Below are positions 36,530 through 46,448 of a stretch of DNA of 64,000 nucleotides, piece by piece. Numbering within the stretch: the first letter of the stretch is position 1; the number at the start of each line of letters is the position of its first letter. The DNA comes from a virus. Taxonomy: Duplodnaviria; Heunggongvirae; Uroviricota; Caudoviricetes. The notes beneath the pieces were generated by a model. It saw only the letters and a list, made by a program, of their open reading frames with translations, was not told where the DNA came from and ran no database searches. Location: IMG/VR virus record IMGVR_UViG_3300046491_000064, positions 40,060 to 104,059 of that record, one strand, 5' to 3'. The translations under genes were made by a program, and so were the position numbers.

Positions 36530-38743
36530 ATGCTTGAAAACATTGCGGTATTGGAAGATGGTAAAACCCAATACTTTAAGAATGACTTGGTGTACGATTT
36601 GGAGACGTACCCGAACATCTTTACTTTTGCAGCTGTGTTTGCAAATGGTAAGGGTATGCGCGTGTATGAAATCTCTGATCGTAAGAACGATGTAGAAGAG
36701 ATGCTTGAATTCATGCGTAACATTGCAATCAAGGGTTTCCGTATGGTTGGATTCAACAACGTTGGGTTTGACTATCCTGTATTGCATTACATCCTTGAAA
36801 AGAGTAAGGCTGCAAAGAAGAAAGGTGAAACGCTCAAGATTAGTTCCGGTGAACTGTATCGTTTCGTTGAACAGATGTTCCGTGAAGCAAAGGATAACCG
36901 ATTTGGTTCTGCAATCAAATCTGCTGACACCATGCTTACTCAGGTTGATTTGTTCCGTATCAAGCACTTCGATAACAAGGCTAAGATGACCAGTCTGAAG
37001 CTGCTTGAGTTCAACATGCGTAGTCGTAACATTGAAGACTTGCCGTTCCCTGTCGGAATGAAGTTGAATGACAGCCAGAAAGATGTGCTGATCACGTATA
37101 ACAAACATGACGTAATGGAGACATTGAAGTTCTACCATCATATCTTTGATGAGATTAAGATGCGTTCTGAACTGACAGCACAGTTCGGTTTCGACTGTAC
37201 GAACATGAATGATACCAAGATCGGCAAGGAGTTGTTCGTTAACCGTCTTGAGGCTGCACGTCCGGGCGTTTGCTATAAGATGCAGAAGCAAGGACCACGA
37301 ATGGTTCGTAAAATGCAACAGACGAAGCGTGAGTTCATCAACCTGAATGAATGTGTTCTGGACTATATCAATTTCGAACGTCCAGAGTTCAAGGCAATCA
37401 AGGCATGGTTTGAGGCACAGACGATCACTGAAACCAATGGTGTATTCTCTGACCTTGAAGAGCATAAGCTGGGTGATGTTGCTCAGTATTCGAATATGCG
37501 TGTCAAGATGAAAAAGATGAACTGTCCAGAGAACGGTGCAAAGAACAAGCGTTATGTTCCTACGCCTGAGCACGTTGCTGAAATGCTGGCAGAACATCCG
37601 CTCGGCTGGATTGAGATGTGTGAGTTGAAAAGCCCGAAGGGTGCTGCCTCTTACTGGTTCTGCTGGAATATTGGCGAGACGTTGAACGTTGTAATTGATG
37701 GTTTCCAATACGATTTTGGTACTGGTGGTATTCATGGTTGCAAGAAGGGTGTGACAGAGAGTGGTAATGGTAAGCGGATTTACAGTCTGGACGTTGCGTC
37801 GTATTATCCTAACCTGTCGATTCAGAACAAGATTTTCCCTGAGCACTTGAACGAATTGTTCTGTCAGGTATATCAGAATCTGTACATTGAGCGTCGTTCG
37901 TATGACAAGAAGTCTGCATTCAACAAGGCATTGAAGCTGGCACTCAACGGTACGTATGGTGCATCTGGTGATGAATTCAGTCCTATGTATGATCCTAAGT
38001 TCATGATGTCGATCACTATCAATGGTCAGCTGTCATTGTGTATGCTGATGGAAACGCTGATGAAAGAAGTCGGTGCTGAGATTGTGATGTGCAACACGGA
38101 TGGTTTTGAGTTTGTAGCGAATGATGATCGTCAAACCAAGAAAGCGATTGACAAACATGTGAAGGCATGGGAAAAGCTCACTGGTCTGACAATGGAAGGC
38201 GTTCTGTATGACAAGATGATGTCAGCAAACGTGAACAACTACATTGCCGTTTATTATGGTGGCTCTGTCAAACGTAAAGGTGCATATGAGTTCAAGGATT
38301 TGGACTGGCACAAGAACCAATCAGCATTGGTAATCAAGATGGCTGCTGTGCATGAGCTATTGGGTGAAGGGAGTGCAGAAGACTTTATCTACAAGCACGA
38401 TGACCCTTTCGATTTCATGTTGCGTACAAAGGTTCCACGTAGCTCTAACTTGGTGTTGGTGAATGAGGAAACAGGTGAAGAGAAACCATTGCAGAACATC
38501 TGCCGATACTATCCATCTAAACATGGTGGTAAGCTGATCAAATTGATGCCTCCGCTTGCTGGCAAGGAGCTTGAGGGTAAACGTCGATTGGGCATTGATG
38601 CTGCTTGGAACGTCACACCATGCAATAATATGGATGACTTCAGCTGGGGAATCGAGTATGATTACTACGTAAGCGAAGCCAAGAAGCTTGTAGGTGCTAT
38701 CCTTGGCGACATTGAACTGAGCGACGTGGGAGAAGAAGAATGA
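36530..38743 (+). CDS. family A DNA polymerase with 3'-5' exonuclease domain
   Basis: AAAGGAG RBS before ATG 36530; Exo I DLET; motif A LDVASYYPN, motif B KLALNGTYG, motif C NTDGFE. Confidence 0.85.
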   Translation: MLENIAVLEDGKTQYFKNDLVYDLETYPNIFTFAAVFANGKGMRVYEISDRKNDVEEMLEFMRNIAIKGFRMVGFNNVGFDYPVLHYILEKSKAAKKKGETLKISSGELYRFVEQMFREAKDNRFGSAIKSADTMLTQVDLFRIKHFDNKAKMTSLKLLEFNMRSRNIEDLPFPVGMKLNDSQKDVLITYNKHDVMETLKFYHHIFDEIKMRSELTAQFGFDCTNMNDTKIGKELFVNRLEAARPGVCYKMQKQGPRMVRKMQQTKREFINLNECVLDYINFERPEFKAIKAWFEAQTITETNGVFSDLEEHKLGDVAQYSNMRVKMKKMNCPENGAKNKRYVPTPEHVAEMLAEHPLGWIEMCELKSPKGAASYWFCWNIGETLNVVIDGFQYDFGTGGIHGCKKGVTESGNGKRIYSLDVASYYPNLSIQNKIFPEHLNELFCQVYQNLYIERRSYDKKSAFNKALKLALNGTYGASGDEFSPMYDPKFMMSITINGQLSLCMLMETLMKEVGAEIVMCNTDGFEFVANDDRQTKKAIDKHVKAWEKLTGLTMEGVLYDKMMSANVNNYIAVYYGGSVKRKGAYEFKDLDWHKNQSALVIKMAAVHELLGEGSAEDFIYKHDDPFDFMLRTKVPRSSNLVLVNEETGEEKPLQNICRYYPSKHGGKLIKLMPPLAGKELEGKRRLGIDAAWNVTPCNNMDDFSWGIEYDYYVSEAKKLVGAILGDIELSDVGEEE

Positions 38744-38931
38744 ACTTGATGAATATTGACAGCAAACAAGCATTTCTGTTAGCATTGCGTGACCTGATGG
38801 TTGAACACAGTGTCACTTCAATTTATGGTTATTCCGATGGACAGATTGAAGTGAGTTCGACAACTGGTTTTATGCTTTGCGACCTCGGCACCATTGAGGA
38901 AATTGAAGAAGAAATCAAAAATCTGAAATAA
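38740..38931 (+). CDS. hypothetical protein
   Basis: ATGA coupled to polymerase stop. Confidence 0.35.
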   Translation: MNLMNIDSKQAFLLALRDLMVEHSVTSIYGYSDGQIEVSSTTGFMLCDLGTIEEIEEEIKNLK

Positions 38932-38935
38932 TTGT

Positions 38936-38963
38936 TGACACGGTGCTTAGGTCTGGTAGAATG
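38936..38963 (+). promoter_or_regulatory. sigma70 promoter TTGACA-16-TAGAAT
   Basis: -35 38936-38941, -10 38958-38963. Confidence 0.5.
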
Positions 38964-38989
38964 AGCACCGTCAAAAGGAGAAAAACAGA

Positions 38990-39367
38990 ATGAGTATTGT
39001 CGTATTTGCAAGCTACACCTATTGGAATGATGGTCATTGCAGCTTTGACGGACCTCTTGAGTTCGATTCTGAGCGAAGTGCGATTCTTGAACTTGGGTAC
39101 ATTGCTTATTTTAACGCTGACATGTGTGATGTTCAGATCACTCGTGTAATCGATGGCGAATCCGGTGCCATTGATCGTATTCAACAGGGTGTAAATGATT
39201 ACGTTGCTGAGAAGAAACGTGAGCAAGAAATTCGCTCTCACAAACAGACAATCAAGGACGCACAAACATTTCTTGACACCTTTGAGAGCCGTGCTGTAAA
39301 GTACAAGCAACAGATTGAAGAATCGACTGCACGACTTAAAGAACTAGGGGTTGACAATGAATCGTGA
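38990..39367 (+). CDS. hypothetical protein
   Basis: 125 aa, AAGGAG RBS. Confidence 0.45.
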   Translation: MSIVVFASYTYWNDGHCSFDGPLEFDSERSAILELGYIAYFNADMCDVQITRVIDGESGAIDRIQQGVNDYVAEKKREQEIRSHKQTIKDAQTFLDTFESRAVKYKQQIEESTARLKELGVDNES

Positions 39368-39602
39368 ATACATTACGATGTTGGCTGAAGAAGTGGCAGA
39401 GCGTTTCATCGAGACGCACGCTGAGAATTACATTGGTGATAGCTTCACAATTACTCGTGACAGTGGTGAATCCTTCGAAGTTGTGGTAACATGCCACAAA
39501 CCGGGTAGCAAATCACTGGCTGAACTTTACGACGACGCTCGTGATAAAATTGAAAGCCTTGAGCGTCAACTTGGTAAATATGAAAACGAAGCAATGTCTT
39601 GA
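39357..39602 (+). CDS. hypothetical protein
   Basis: ATG 39357. Confidence 0.4.
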   Translation: MNREYITMLAEEVAERFIETHAENYIGDSFTITRDSGESFEVVVTCHKPGSKSLAELYDDARDKIESLERQLGKYENEAMS

Positions 39603-39725
39603 CAGAATGTGCTTTCGTTGCTTTACTGTGACTGAGCCTAAACGACGATTTGATCATAGGTCTGCAATCTGGAGACTTGGTTGCAGTAACTGTTCATCTT
39701 TTGTATTTTTTGAAGGAGAAGTTAA

Positions 39726-39944
39726 ATGAAACTTGAAGTTGAAGCAATTGTGGACTTTAACGATATTGCTGGTATTCTTGGTGAAGACGATGCACATCGT
39801 GCAATCATGGCAATCGATCTTGCACAAGCTGATACTGAGTTCACTGTCGAGGCTGTAAAACGACTTGTGCATTCCCTGTCAATCGATTATGGTCAAAATA
39901 GCATCCGTAAGATGCTCAAAGAACTGAGGAAAGAATTCAAATGA
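39726..39944 (+). CDS. hypothetical protein
   Basis: GGAG RBS. Confidence 0.4.
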   Translation: MKLEVEAIVDFNDIAGILGEDDAHRAIMAIDLAQADTEFTVEAVKRLVHSLSIDYGQNSIRKMLKELRKEFK

Positions 39945-40117
39945 CCGCACTGGAACTAATTGAACATCTGAAGTTTAATATTGCAGATGGTATTCAAACA
40001 TGTCACAATAACCTCAATTCTTCGACAGCAAACAGTTCTGTTGCGATAATCCTCACAGCAATAGAGCGTGCTGTCAATGCAGTTGAAATCGAAATTTACA
40101 AAGGTAATGTGAAATGA
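39941..40117 (+). CDS. small hypothetical protein (58 aa)
   Basis: ATGA coupled both sides. Confidence 0.3.
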   Translation: MTALELIEHLKFNIADGIQTCHNNLNSSTANSSVAIILTAIERAVNAVEIEIYKGNVK

Positions 40118-40443
40118 ATAGTGTGGTAATCCACGGTAACACGGTTACTGTTGACATTGAAAACATCGTTAACGTTTCAGCATTTGCTATCGACTTTGGT
40201 CTGACCGCATTTGCTGTCATGACAAGTGAAGGTAAGTGTGAAATCTCTTTCCCGATGACTGCTGATCATCATCGCATTTTTGCTGCACAGATTCATCGTC
40301 ACAACAACGAACAAAAGCTTGCAAAGAAGGGGAATAAAGGTAATAATACTGACCCTGATGGTGATGGTCCTAAGCCGACCAACCCTCGTGGTGGCGGTGG
40401 TTCCACAGTAGAATTTGAAGAAACAATCGCAATTGCTGCTTGA
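40114..40443 (+). CDS. hypothetical protein (Gly/Pro-rich C-terminus)
   Basis: 109 aa. Confidence 0.4.
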   Translation: MNSVVIHGNTVTVDIENIVNVSAFAIDFGLTAFAVMTSEGKCEISFPMTADHHRIFAAQIHRHNNEQKLAKKGNKGNNTDPDGDGPKPTNPRGGGGSTVEFEETIAIAA

Positions 40444-40468
40444 CACATATATCTGACTAGCGTATAAT
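40440..40468 (+). promoter_or_regulatory. consensus sigma70 promoter TTGACA-17-TATAAT
   Basis: -35 40440-40445, -10 40463-40468. Confidence 0.55.
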
Positions 40469-40496
40469 ACGCCCACATAAAACAAAGGAGAAACAA

Positions 40497-40649
40497 ATGT
40501 TCGGTTCATTGCTTGGTGTTGTATCTGACTTGACAAAGATTGCTGTAGCGCCTGTTGTAGTCGCAGCTGACTTGACTCGTTCAGTAACAAAGCCCGTCGC
40601 TGACGAAGTGACTGCTGCTGTAAAACAAATCCAAAAAGACTTGAAATAA
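40497..40649 (+). CDS. small hypothetical protein (50 aa)
   Basis: AAAGGAG RBS. Confidence 0.35.
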   Translation: MFGSLLGVVSDLTKIAVAPVVVAADLTRSVTKPVADEVTAAVKQIQKDLK

Positions 40650-40662
40650 TTAGGAGAATCAA

Positions 40663-40944
40663 ATGCTTATTCGTAACGAACCATCCGTATCTATCCTGAC
40701 CAAAGCCGGTGAACTGGTTGGTTTCAAAGTTCGCGGTATCCCTCATGACCAGCTGGTTGCTGATGCTCTGAGTTCTTTCACCAAAGCTGAGCAACAGATG
40801 CAAACAGCTATTCAAACCATTGACGCCGATGTTGCTGCCGAACAGCAATTGATTCGTGATGCTGAGAACCGTATTGAAGTAGCTGGTAATCATCGCTCCA
40901 AACTGGATCGTGTTCTGACCCGTCTGAAGGCTCTGACTGAATAA
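40663..40944 (+). CDS. hypothetical protein
   Basis: AGGAG RBS. Confidence 0.45.
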   Translation: MLIRNEPSVSILTKAGELVGFKVRGIPHDQLVADALSSFTKAEQQMQTAIQTIDADVAAEQQLIRDAENRIEVAGNHRSKLDRVLTRLKALTE

Positions 40945-41159
40945 TGACTAACGAAGAATTCCTATCGTTGAAAGATGGTGACAAGGTTTTGTTTAATCCT
41001 GATCCATCTTGGACTGAGCTTTACCCCGATGGATTTGTCATTGGTGCAGTGCTGACACGTAAGAGTAGTTGGCTTGATTGTGATCTGACACGAAACTTCG
41101 AAATTGGTGATGAGTTTGATTACCTTAACCACAATGAAGTTGAATTGATTCGGGAGTAA
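40944..41159 (+). CDS. hypothetical protein
   Basis: 71 aa. Confidence 0.4.
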   Translation: MTNEEFLSLKDGDKVLFNPDPSWTELYPDGFVIGAVLTRKSSWLDCDLTRNFEIGDEFDYLNHNEVELIRE

Positions 41160-41161
41160 AG

Positions 41162-41464
41162 ATGAGCAATCGTAAGAAGCGTTTTTCGAAGAGTGGCTTG
41201 CCTGAACTCGATCTTAAAGGTCCAGACTTTGCGAAGTCTGTTCCTGAAGGTCAGAAGCTTGAGCTAACCATTGTTTGGAAAGGTCAAGGTTATAAAAATG
41301 AGACACTGGGTCCAGTACATGCGTTTGCAAAGCTGGATGGTAAGTTCAAGGTGATTAACCGTGCATTGCAGGATATGGTTTATGTCTTTGATGTGAAAGA
41401 GATTAAAACGGTAATCTTGCTACCAATTGATATTTTTACAGGTGAAGAGGAACAACTAGTATGA
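41162..41464 (+). CDS. hypothetical protein
   Basis: 100 aa. Confidence 0.45.
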   Translation: MSNRKKRFSKSGLPELDLKGPDFAKSVPEGQKLELTIVWKGQGYKNETLGPVHAFAKLDGKFKVINRALQDMVYVFDVKEIKTVILLPIDIFTGEEEQLV

Positions 41465-41835
41465 TTACGCTAAAGACGCTGGCTGAAGCAACTCGACAAG
41501 AAGTGTTTGACCAAGCAGCTGCACATCTCCTGCGACAAAATGCAAAGTCTCGCTTCGGTGACGTTGGTGCATGTGCCTATCGTGGTGATAACGGTTTGAT
41601 GTGTGCTGCTGGCTGTTTCATCTCTGATGATGAATATCGTGAAGAAATGGATAATTACGGTGACGGTGCCGATTGGGGGATTAACCTTAATAAAGGTCTT
41701 GTTCCTGACGCACATTGCGGTTTGATTAGTGAACTCCAAGATGTTCACGACAGCCATGAAGTTCATAATTGGGAAAATGCTCTTATCAAAATGGCTGAGC
41801 GTGAAGGTCTTGAATTCAAAGAGGCATTTGTATGA
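41461..41835 (+). CDS. hypothetical protein
   Basis: 124 aa. Confidence 0.45.
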   Translation: MITLKTLAEATRQEVFDQAAAHLLRQNAKSRFGDVGACAYRGDNGLMCAAGCFISDDEYREEMDNYGDGADWGINLNKGLVPDAHCGLISELQDVHDSHEVHNWENALIKMAEREGLEFKEAFV

Positions 41836-42110
41836 GTACACTGGCTGATAAATTCGCTGTATATGATGCAGCAAACCCGAACATCTATTTCCTGTTCAAA
41901 CGATTTGCAAAAGACTTGATCAATGCTGGTCGTAAGAAGTTGAGTGCTGCTCTGATCATTGAGCGTATTCGTTGGGAAGTGAATGTAAACACTGTGAGTG
42001 AAGATGCTTTCAAAGTGTCTAACAACCACACTGCGTTCTACGCTCGTAAGTTTATGGCTGATCATCCCGAACATGGTGAAATCTTCCGCACTCGTGAGCA
42101 ACTGGCTTAA
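41832..42110 (+). CDS. hypothetical protein
   Basis: 92 aa. Confidence 0.45.
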   Translation: MSTLADKFAVYDAANPNIYFLFKRFAKDLINAGRKKLSAALIIERIRWEVNVNTVSEDAFKVSNNHTAFYARKFMADHPEHGEIFRTREQLA

Positions 42111-42132
42111 TCAATCAAATAGGAGTAACAAA

Positions 42133-42285
42133 ATGAAAGTGAATTACGAATACAAAGTAGCAGGTATCCCAACTTCAACTCGTGAAGCTGCACGGTTGAT
42201 TCAACGGTCTCTGCGTAGTGCAACACCAGAAGCCAAAGCACCACGAATTGTTCAGAAAATCACCATGGAGCGAATTGTACGATGA
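42133..42285 (+). CDS. small hypothetical protein (50 aa)
   Basis: AGGAG RBS. Confidence 0.35.
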   Translation: MKVNYEYKVAGIPTSTREAARLIQRSLRSATPEAKAPRIVQKITMERIVR

Positions 42286-42392
42286 GCATTGAAACTAAAG
42301 TACGCCGTCTGTTTCTGGACACTATTGAACTGACTCAGGCAGTAAAGCGTCTGGAACGTAAACTGAAAGCTCCTGCTAAGGTAGTTCGTTAA
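42282..42392 (+). CDS. very small basic ORF (36 aa)
   Basis: ATGA/TAATG coupling. Confidence 0.25.
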   Translation: MSIETKVRRLFLDTIELTQAVKRLERKLKAPAKVVR

Positions 42393-42700
42393 TGAAGGCT
42401 CTACGTGTACTAGCCGGTGTCTTGCTTGCAGTATTGAACATCCTTGTCACTGCTGTAACCTTTCAGACACTGTTTAACTGGTTCGTTGTCCCACTGGGTT
42501 TCGCACCAATTGGCATGGCTAACTCATACGGACTAATGTTGATTTTCATCTTCATTGCATTCCGATTGAACCTTGCAGATAAGAAACCAAAAGATACCAG
42601 TGTTTCAGTTCTGCGTCGATTGTTTGAAAACCTCGGCAAGAACTGTGGAATGAGCGTAGCTGCATTGATTATTGGTTGGGTAACAGTTAGCTTGATGTAA
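42392..42700 (+). CDS. membrane protein (3 TMDs)
   Basis: 102 aa. Confidence 0.45.
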   Translation: MKALRVLAGVLLAVLNILVTAVTFQTLFNWFVVPLGFAPIGMANSYGLMLIFIFIAFRLNLADKKPKDTSVSVLRRLFENLGKNCGMSVAALIIGWVTVSLM

Positions 42701-42727
42701 ATTGTTCGGGAAATGTGAAAATAAAGC

Positions 42728-42756
42728 TTGCATTTCCCACTGCATCTCTGTATAAT
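42728..42756 (+). promoter_or_regulatory. sigma70-like promoter TTGCAT-17-TATAAT
   Basis: perfect -10 at 42751-42756. Confidence 0.45.
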
Positions 42757-42839
42757 GGCCGCATACGCTATCAGAGCGTATTCTGCAAAACTTCTCGCTG
42801 TATATCAGCAAAACTAAAACTAGCAAAAGGATAAAACAA

Positions 42840-43853
42840 ATGGCTCGTGATTTCGTATTTGATGCACCAACTCCTACCACTTCCTCCGAAGGTCCAAAGG
42901 TTGATTTTGATAAAATGAACCAGTACATCGTTGACACAATCGACGCTCGTACACCTGATCCACGTATCGGTATTATCTCTGGTATTGTTGATCTGGGTCT
43001 TCAGAAACAAGAAGATGCGAAGATGGCATGGACTGGTGATGCAGCCTCTGAAGCTGCTGAAATCGAAAAGAACCCGGCTCAGTATTTCGAAACTCTGCCA
43101 AACGACAAAGGTGTTCAAACTCGTTACAAACGTTGGGAAGTTAAACCTCAACGCGAAGTTGCACTGTTTGTAGACTTCCCGGATAACCTGATCAATCGCG
43201 GTCAATTCCACGATGTAGAAGGTGGTGGTGAAGAGCTTCCGTACCGTATGCTGCTGAACAATGAGTTCTACCAGAAAGGTATTGGTAAGATCGTTGGTAA
43301 GCCTTACTCGCTGCGTGAACAACGTAATGATGATGGTAGCTGGGGTTTCAAGAACAACACCATTCTGTACAAGCTGGGTCAAGCCGCTGACGTTCTGGAT
43401 GAGAAAGGTAACATGAAGCCTGCTTACTTGGGCAAACTGATTGGTAAAGCTGGTCTGTTCAATGTCACCGTTACTCTGAATGAACACGACGGTAAGAAGT
43501 ATCTGTCTGAAAAGATCGGCTTCAATGGTGCAGTTCCAAAAGTGATGCAGAAGATGGTTCCTACACTGGCTGATGAACAGATGTTCCTGATTAACTTCAA
43601 GGGTGCTCAGGATGAGACAGCAATTAAGAACCTGCGTCAGTGTGTGATCAACACCATGAAACAGGCTGTTGACTTCGAAGGTAGTGACATTCAGAAGGCT
43701 CTGATTGCCGCTGGTAAGATCAAAGAAGGTGATGGTGCCGCTAGTACATCTAGTGAGAGTAAACCTGCTCAGAACGCCCCACAGGCTTCTAAGCCGGATG
43801 TTAACACACCCGCTGTTGACTTTGACAGCTTCGACTCTGACATTCCGTTCTAA
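42840..43853 (+). CDS. putative single-stranded DNA-binding protein with SSB-Ct-like acidic tail ending DSDIPF
   Basis: 337 aa; acidic C-terminus FDSFDSDIPF matches the E. coli SSB C-terminal tip DDDIPF and resembles the T7 gp2.5 acidic tail with terminal Phe. Confidence 0.5.
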   Translation: MARDFVFDAPTPTTSSEGPKVDFDKMNQYIVDTIDARTPDPRIGIISGIVDLGLQKQEDAKMAWTGDAASEAAEIEKNPAQYFETLPNDKGVQTRYKRWEVKPQREVALFVDFPDNLINRGQFHDVEGGGEELPYRMLLNNEFYQKGIGKIVGKPYSLREQRNDDGSWGFKNNTILYKLGQAADVLDEKGNMKPAYLGKLIGKAGLFNVTVTLNEHDGKKYLSEKIGFNGAVPKVMQKMVPTLADEQMFLINFKGAQDETAIKNLRQCVINTMKQAVDFEGSDIQKALIAAGKIKEGDGAASTSSESKPAQNAPQASKPDVNTPAVDFDSFDSDIPF

Positions 43854-43906
43854 GTCGTTATGTAATAGGCATCTACGGGTGCCTTACAATTTCTAGGAGG
43901 ATAAAA

Positions 43907-44122
43907 ATGAGTAATAAAACTGTTGTACTGCTTGTTGATCATATTGACTACAGCAATCCTGAAGCTGCTGTTGTTAACCAAGTAGTTGAAAGCGTAGAAG
44001 TTGGTCTGGATCAACATTATGCTACACCGACTGATTTCATTCGTGCGTTTTCAAAGATTTACGCGAGCATCAACCGTGAGGGTGTTCATAGTTTCATCAT
44101 CACAAACGTAGTTATTGGTTAA
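43907..44122 (+). CDS. hypothetical protein
   Basis: AGGAGG RBS. Confidence 0.4.
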   Translation: MSNKTVVLLVDHIDYSNPEAAVVNQVVESVEVGLDQHYATPTDFIRAFSKIYASINREGVHSFIITNVVIG

Positions 44123-44132
44123 GGAGAAGTAA

Positions 44133-44462
44133 ATGACACTGTATGCAAACACTGAAACTGGTGAACTGGTATTTCAGGAAGAGATTGAAGCTGGTCCGCG
44201 TCCAGTCCTGAATGCTGAACAACTGCTTGAGCAACTTACCCGGTTGCAGAAAGAAATCAACACTCGCAAAGAAGACATGGCACGGTTGATCAAAGATACA
44301 AAGTTCCACAAGAAAACTAACCCACAAGGCATTGACGCTTACGAAGTTAAGCAAATCAAGAAATCTGCTGTACGTCTTGCTGCATCTGATTACGAAGAGA
44401 AAAAGATTGAAGCTCTGACATTCTTCAGTGACTTCGAGCGTATCACCAACTACAACGACTGA
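44133..44462 (+). CDS. hypothetical protein
   Basis: AAGGAG RBS. Confidence 0.45.
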   Translation: MTLYANTETGELVFQEEIEAGPRPVLNAEQLLEQLTRLQKEINTRKEDMARLIKDTKFHKKTNPQGIDAYEVKQIKKSAVRLAASDYEEKKIEALTFFSDFERITNYND

Positions 44463-44500
44463 TCGGGTTATCAGCTTGTAGTGACAAATTGAATCAATAT

Positions 44501-44525
44501 AGCCCGCCTCGTGCGGGCTTTTTGT
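44501..44525 (+). terminator. rho-independent terminator (gcccgcctcgtgcgggc family)
   Basis: agcccgc ctcgt gcgggct ttttg. Confidence 0.65.
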
Positions 44526-44542
44526 TATATGGAGAAAAGTAA

Positions 44543-44707
44543 ATGATCTTTGAAGTTGTTGAAGATGGTGTCATTCCAGAGCACGCAGTTCGGATGTTGG
44601 ACGAAGACCCCACTATTAAGATTCAGGTGATGACTTCCATCGGCTGGGTTGAAGTTGATGAACCATCTTTCCGTAATGGTTGCATGTACTCACTGAGTTA
44701 TCGATAA
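44543..44707 (+). CDS. small hypothetical protein (54 aa)
   Basis: GGAG RBS. Confidence 0.35.
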   Translation: MIFEVVEDGVIPEHAVRMLDEDPTIKIQVMTSIGWVEVDEPSFRNGCMYSLSYR

Positions 44708-44931
44708 TGGCTTATACAATCGAAGAGCTTTATGATGATTACGATTGTGAGACTTGTGGGGGTAGTTATGCTCAGGGTTACATCATCAAGAAAGATGACG
44801 TGGTAATAGTTGACAAAACACCTTCGGCTCATTGCTTTGGTGGTTATGACTACTCGAATGACAACCCGTATAAAGACATCCTTTCACTGGAATGTCCGGG
44901 TATTGAAGTGGAGATGATTGATGGGTGTTGA
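44707..44931 (+). CDS. hypothetical protein
   Basis: TAATG coupling. Confidence 0.4.
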   Translation: MAYTIEELYDDYDCETCGGSYAQGYIIKKDDVVIVDKTPSAHCFGGYDYSNDNPYKDILSLECPGIEVEMIDGC

Positions 44932-45220
44932 GTATCGTGGTCAACTTTGCATTGGTTACAACTATGACCAGATGCTACAGATTGTTGAAGAGTTCGGTAG
45001 CGGTGGCGACTACGCAGACTTAGGTTTTGAAATGTTCTCGCCTTACTATGATGCTGATAAAGAAGACAGTATCTTTGGTTACAGTATCGCTCGAAGTGGT
45101 GTGTACGATTACCGTTCAGTTGATGACAGTAAGTTGGCAGAAATTACAATCCGTAAGCAAATGCTTTATCACAAGTTTCTGATCACACCACAAACATACA
45201 TTATGGCAGAGGGTTATTAA
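44918..45220 (+). CDS. hypothetical protein
   Basis: 100 aa. Confidence 0.45.
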   Translation: MMGVEYRGQLCIGYNYDQMLQIVEEFGSGGDYADLGFEMFSPYYDADKEDSIFGYSIARSGVYDYRSVDDSKLAEITIRKQMLYHKFLITPQTYIMAEGY

Positions 45221-46227
45221 TGTCCGAAATTATTATTCCTACACATGCGGTTGTAGACCTTGATGCTTTCAAGTATGCCGCTGCATATGTAGGCGAAAAG
45301 AAAAGTATCATTGCACATCACAAGACTGAAGGCTGGTCTGAACCAGCAAAGAGTCGTACAGCGTTCTATGGTCACTGGAAAAAGAAAGCAGGTGGTTGGC
45401 TTGCCGAAGCAAACAAAGGTCGTGAAAGTCCTTGGTTACCTGATGAGTTTGAGATTGAAGATGTCAGTGTCCCTGAACCAATCCAGAACGTATTGCACAC
45501 AGCTAAGTTGATGGTTGATGATGCACTGTTTGAATCAGGTGCTCAGACATATGAGATGTACATGGGTAAAGGTGATAGCTTCCGTGTTGAACTGTCTACC
45601 CTTCAGAAGTATAAGGGTGATCGTGAAAACGTTGTTAAGCCTTATCACTTGGACGAAGTGAGCGATTATCTTGGTCGTCGTTACAGTGCTGAGATTATCA
45701 CTGACATCGAAGCGGATGACATGTGTGTGATTCGTGCATACAAACAGGCTAATCATTTTGTACTCGGAGAAGACAAAGATTATTGGGGTTCACCAGTTAA
45801 CTTCCGTGACCTTAATCGGAAACACCGTGGTACTGTGAACTGTGATAAACTTGGTCACTTGTTCCTTGACGCTAAGGGTGATGTTCGTGGCGAAGGTCGC
45901 ATTCACTTGTACTACCAGATGATCAGTGAAGACTCTGTAGACTGTTACAAGGCGAACTACCACAGTGAGACAGAGTGGGGCAGCAAGAGTGCGTTTAAAG
46001 TTCTGGAAGGCTTACAGAGCGATAAAGAATGCTTCCAAGCTATGGTTGATACATTCAAGATGTTGTATCCAGAACCGAAGGTTGTGAAAGGTTGGCGTGG
46101 TGATGATATTGCAATCGATTGGCTGTATGTCATGCAGGAGATGATGAACATGGCTAAGATGAAACGCACAGTTGATGAACCGCTGGTTAATGTCAAAGAC
46201 GTTCTTACTCGCATGGGTATTGAATAA
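45220..46227 (+). CDS. putative 5'-3' exonuclease (FEN/T7 gp6-like)
   Basis: N-terminal AVVDLDAFKYAAAY resembles the FEN/5'-nuclease motif (IDG..L.YRA); GEDKDY resembles the GDKD motif. Confidence 0.5.
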   Translation: MSEIIIPTHAVVDLDAFKYAAAYVGEKKSIIAHHKTEGWSEPAKSRTAFYGHWKKKAGGWLAEANKGRESPWLPDEFEIEDVSVPEPIQNVLHTAKLMVDDALFESGAQTYEMYMGKGDSFRVELSTLQKYKGDRENVVKPYHLDEVSDYLGRRYSAEIITDIEADDMCVIRAYKQANHFVLGEDKDYWGSPVNFRDLNRKHRGTVNCDKLGHLFLDAKGDVRGEGRIHLYYQMISEDSVDCYKANYHSETEWGSKSAFKVLEGLQSDKECFQAMVDTFKMLYPEPKVVKGWRGDDIAIDWLYVMQEMMNMAKMKRTVDEPLVNVKDVLTRMGIE

Positions 46228-46448
46228 TGGCTAAGTGGTTCAGTGAAGACGCTGAGTACAGTCAAATCTCTGAACGTGATCATGGTATTCGTCGGGTGAT
46301 TGAAAAGGCGTTAGCTACTCACACACGGGAAATGGAAGGGTATAGCTACTACGGTAGCAACCCCGGAATCTCTGAAGATGATTACGATGATGTTGCTGAA
46401 AGTATTATGACAGCACTTGATTTATGGGAGGTTAAAAATGGGGTGTGA
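46227..46448 (+). CDS. hypothetical protein
   Basis: TAATG coupling. Confidence 0.4.
   Translation: MAKWFSEDAEYSQISERDHGIRRVIEKALATHTREMEGYSYYGSNPGISEDDYDDVAESIMTALDLWEVKNGV

Noticed and set aside
36515-37846. 443-aa minus-strand ORF opposite the DNA polymerase gene
   Set aside because: Polymerase motifs A/B/C and the exonuclease motifs are unambiguous on the plus strand. The antisense ORF has no RBS and no recognisable domain.
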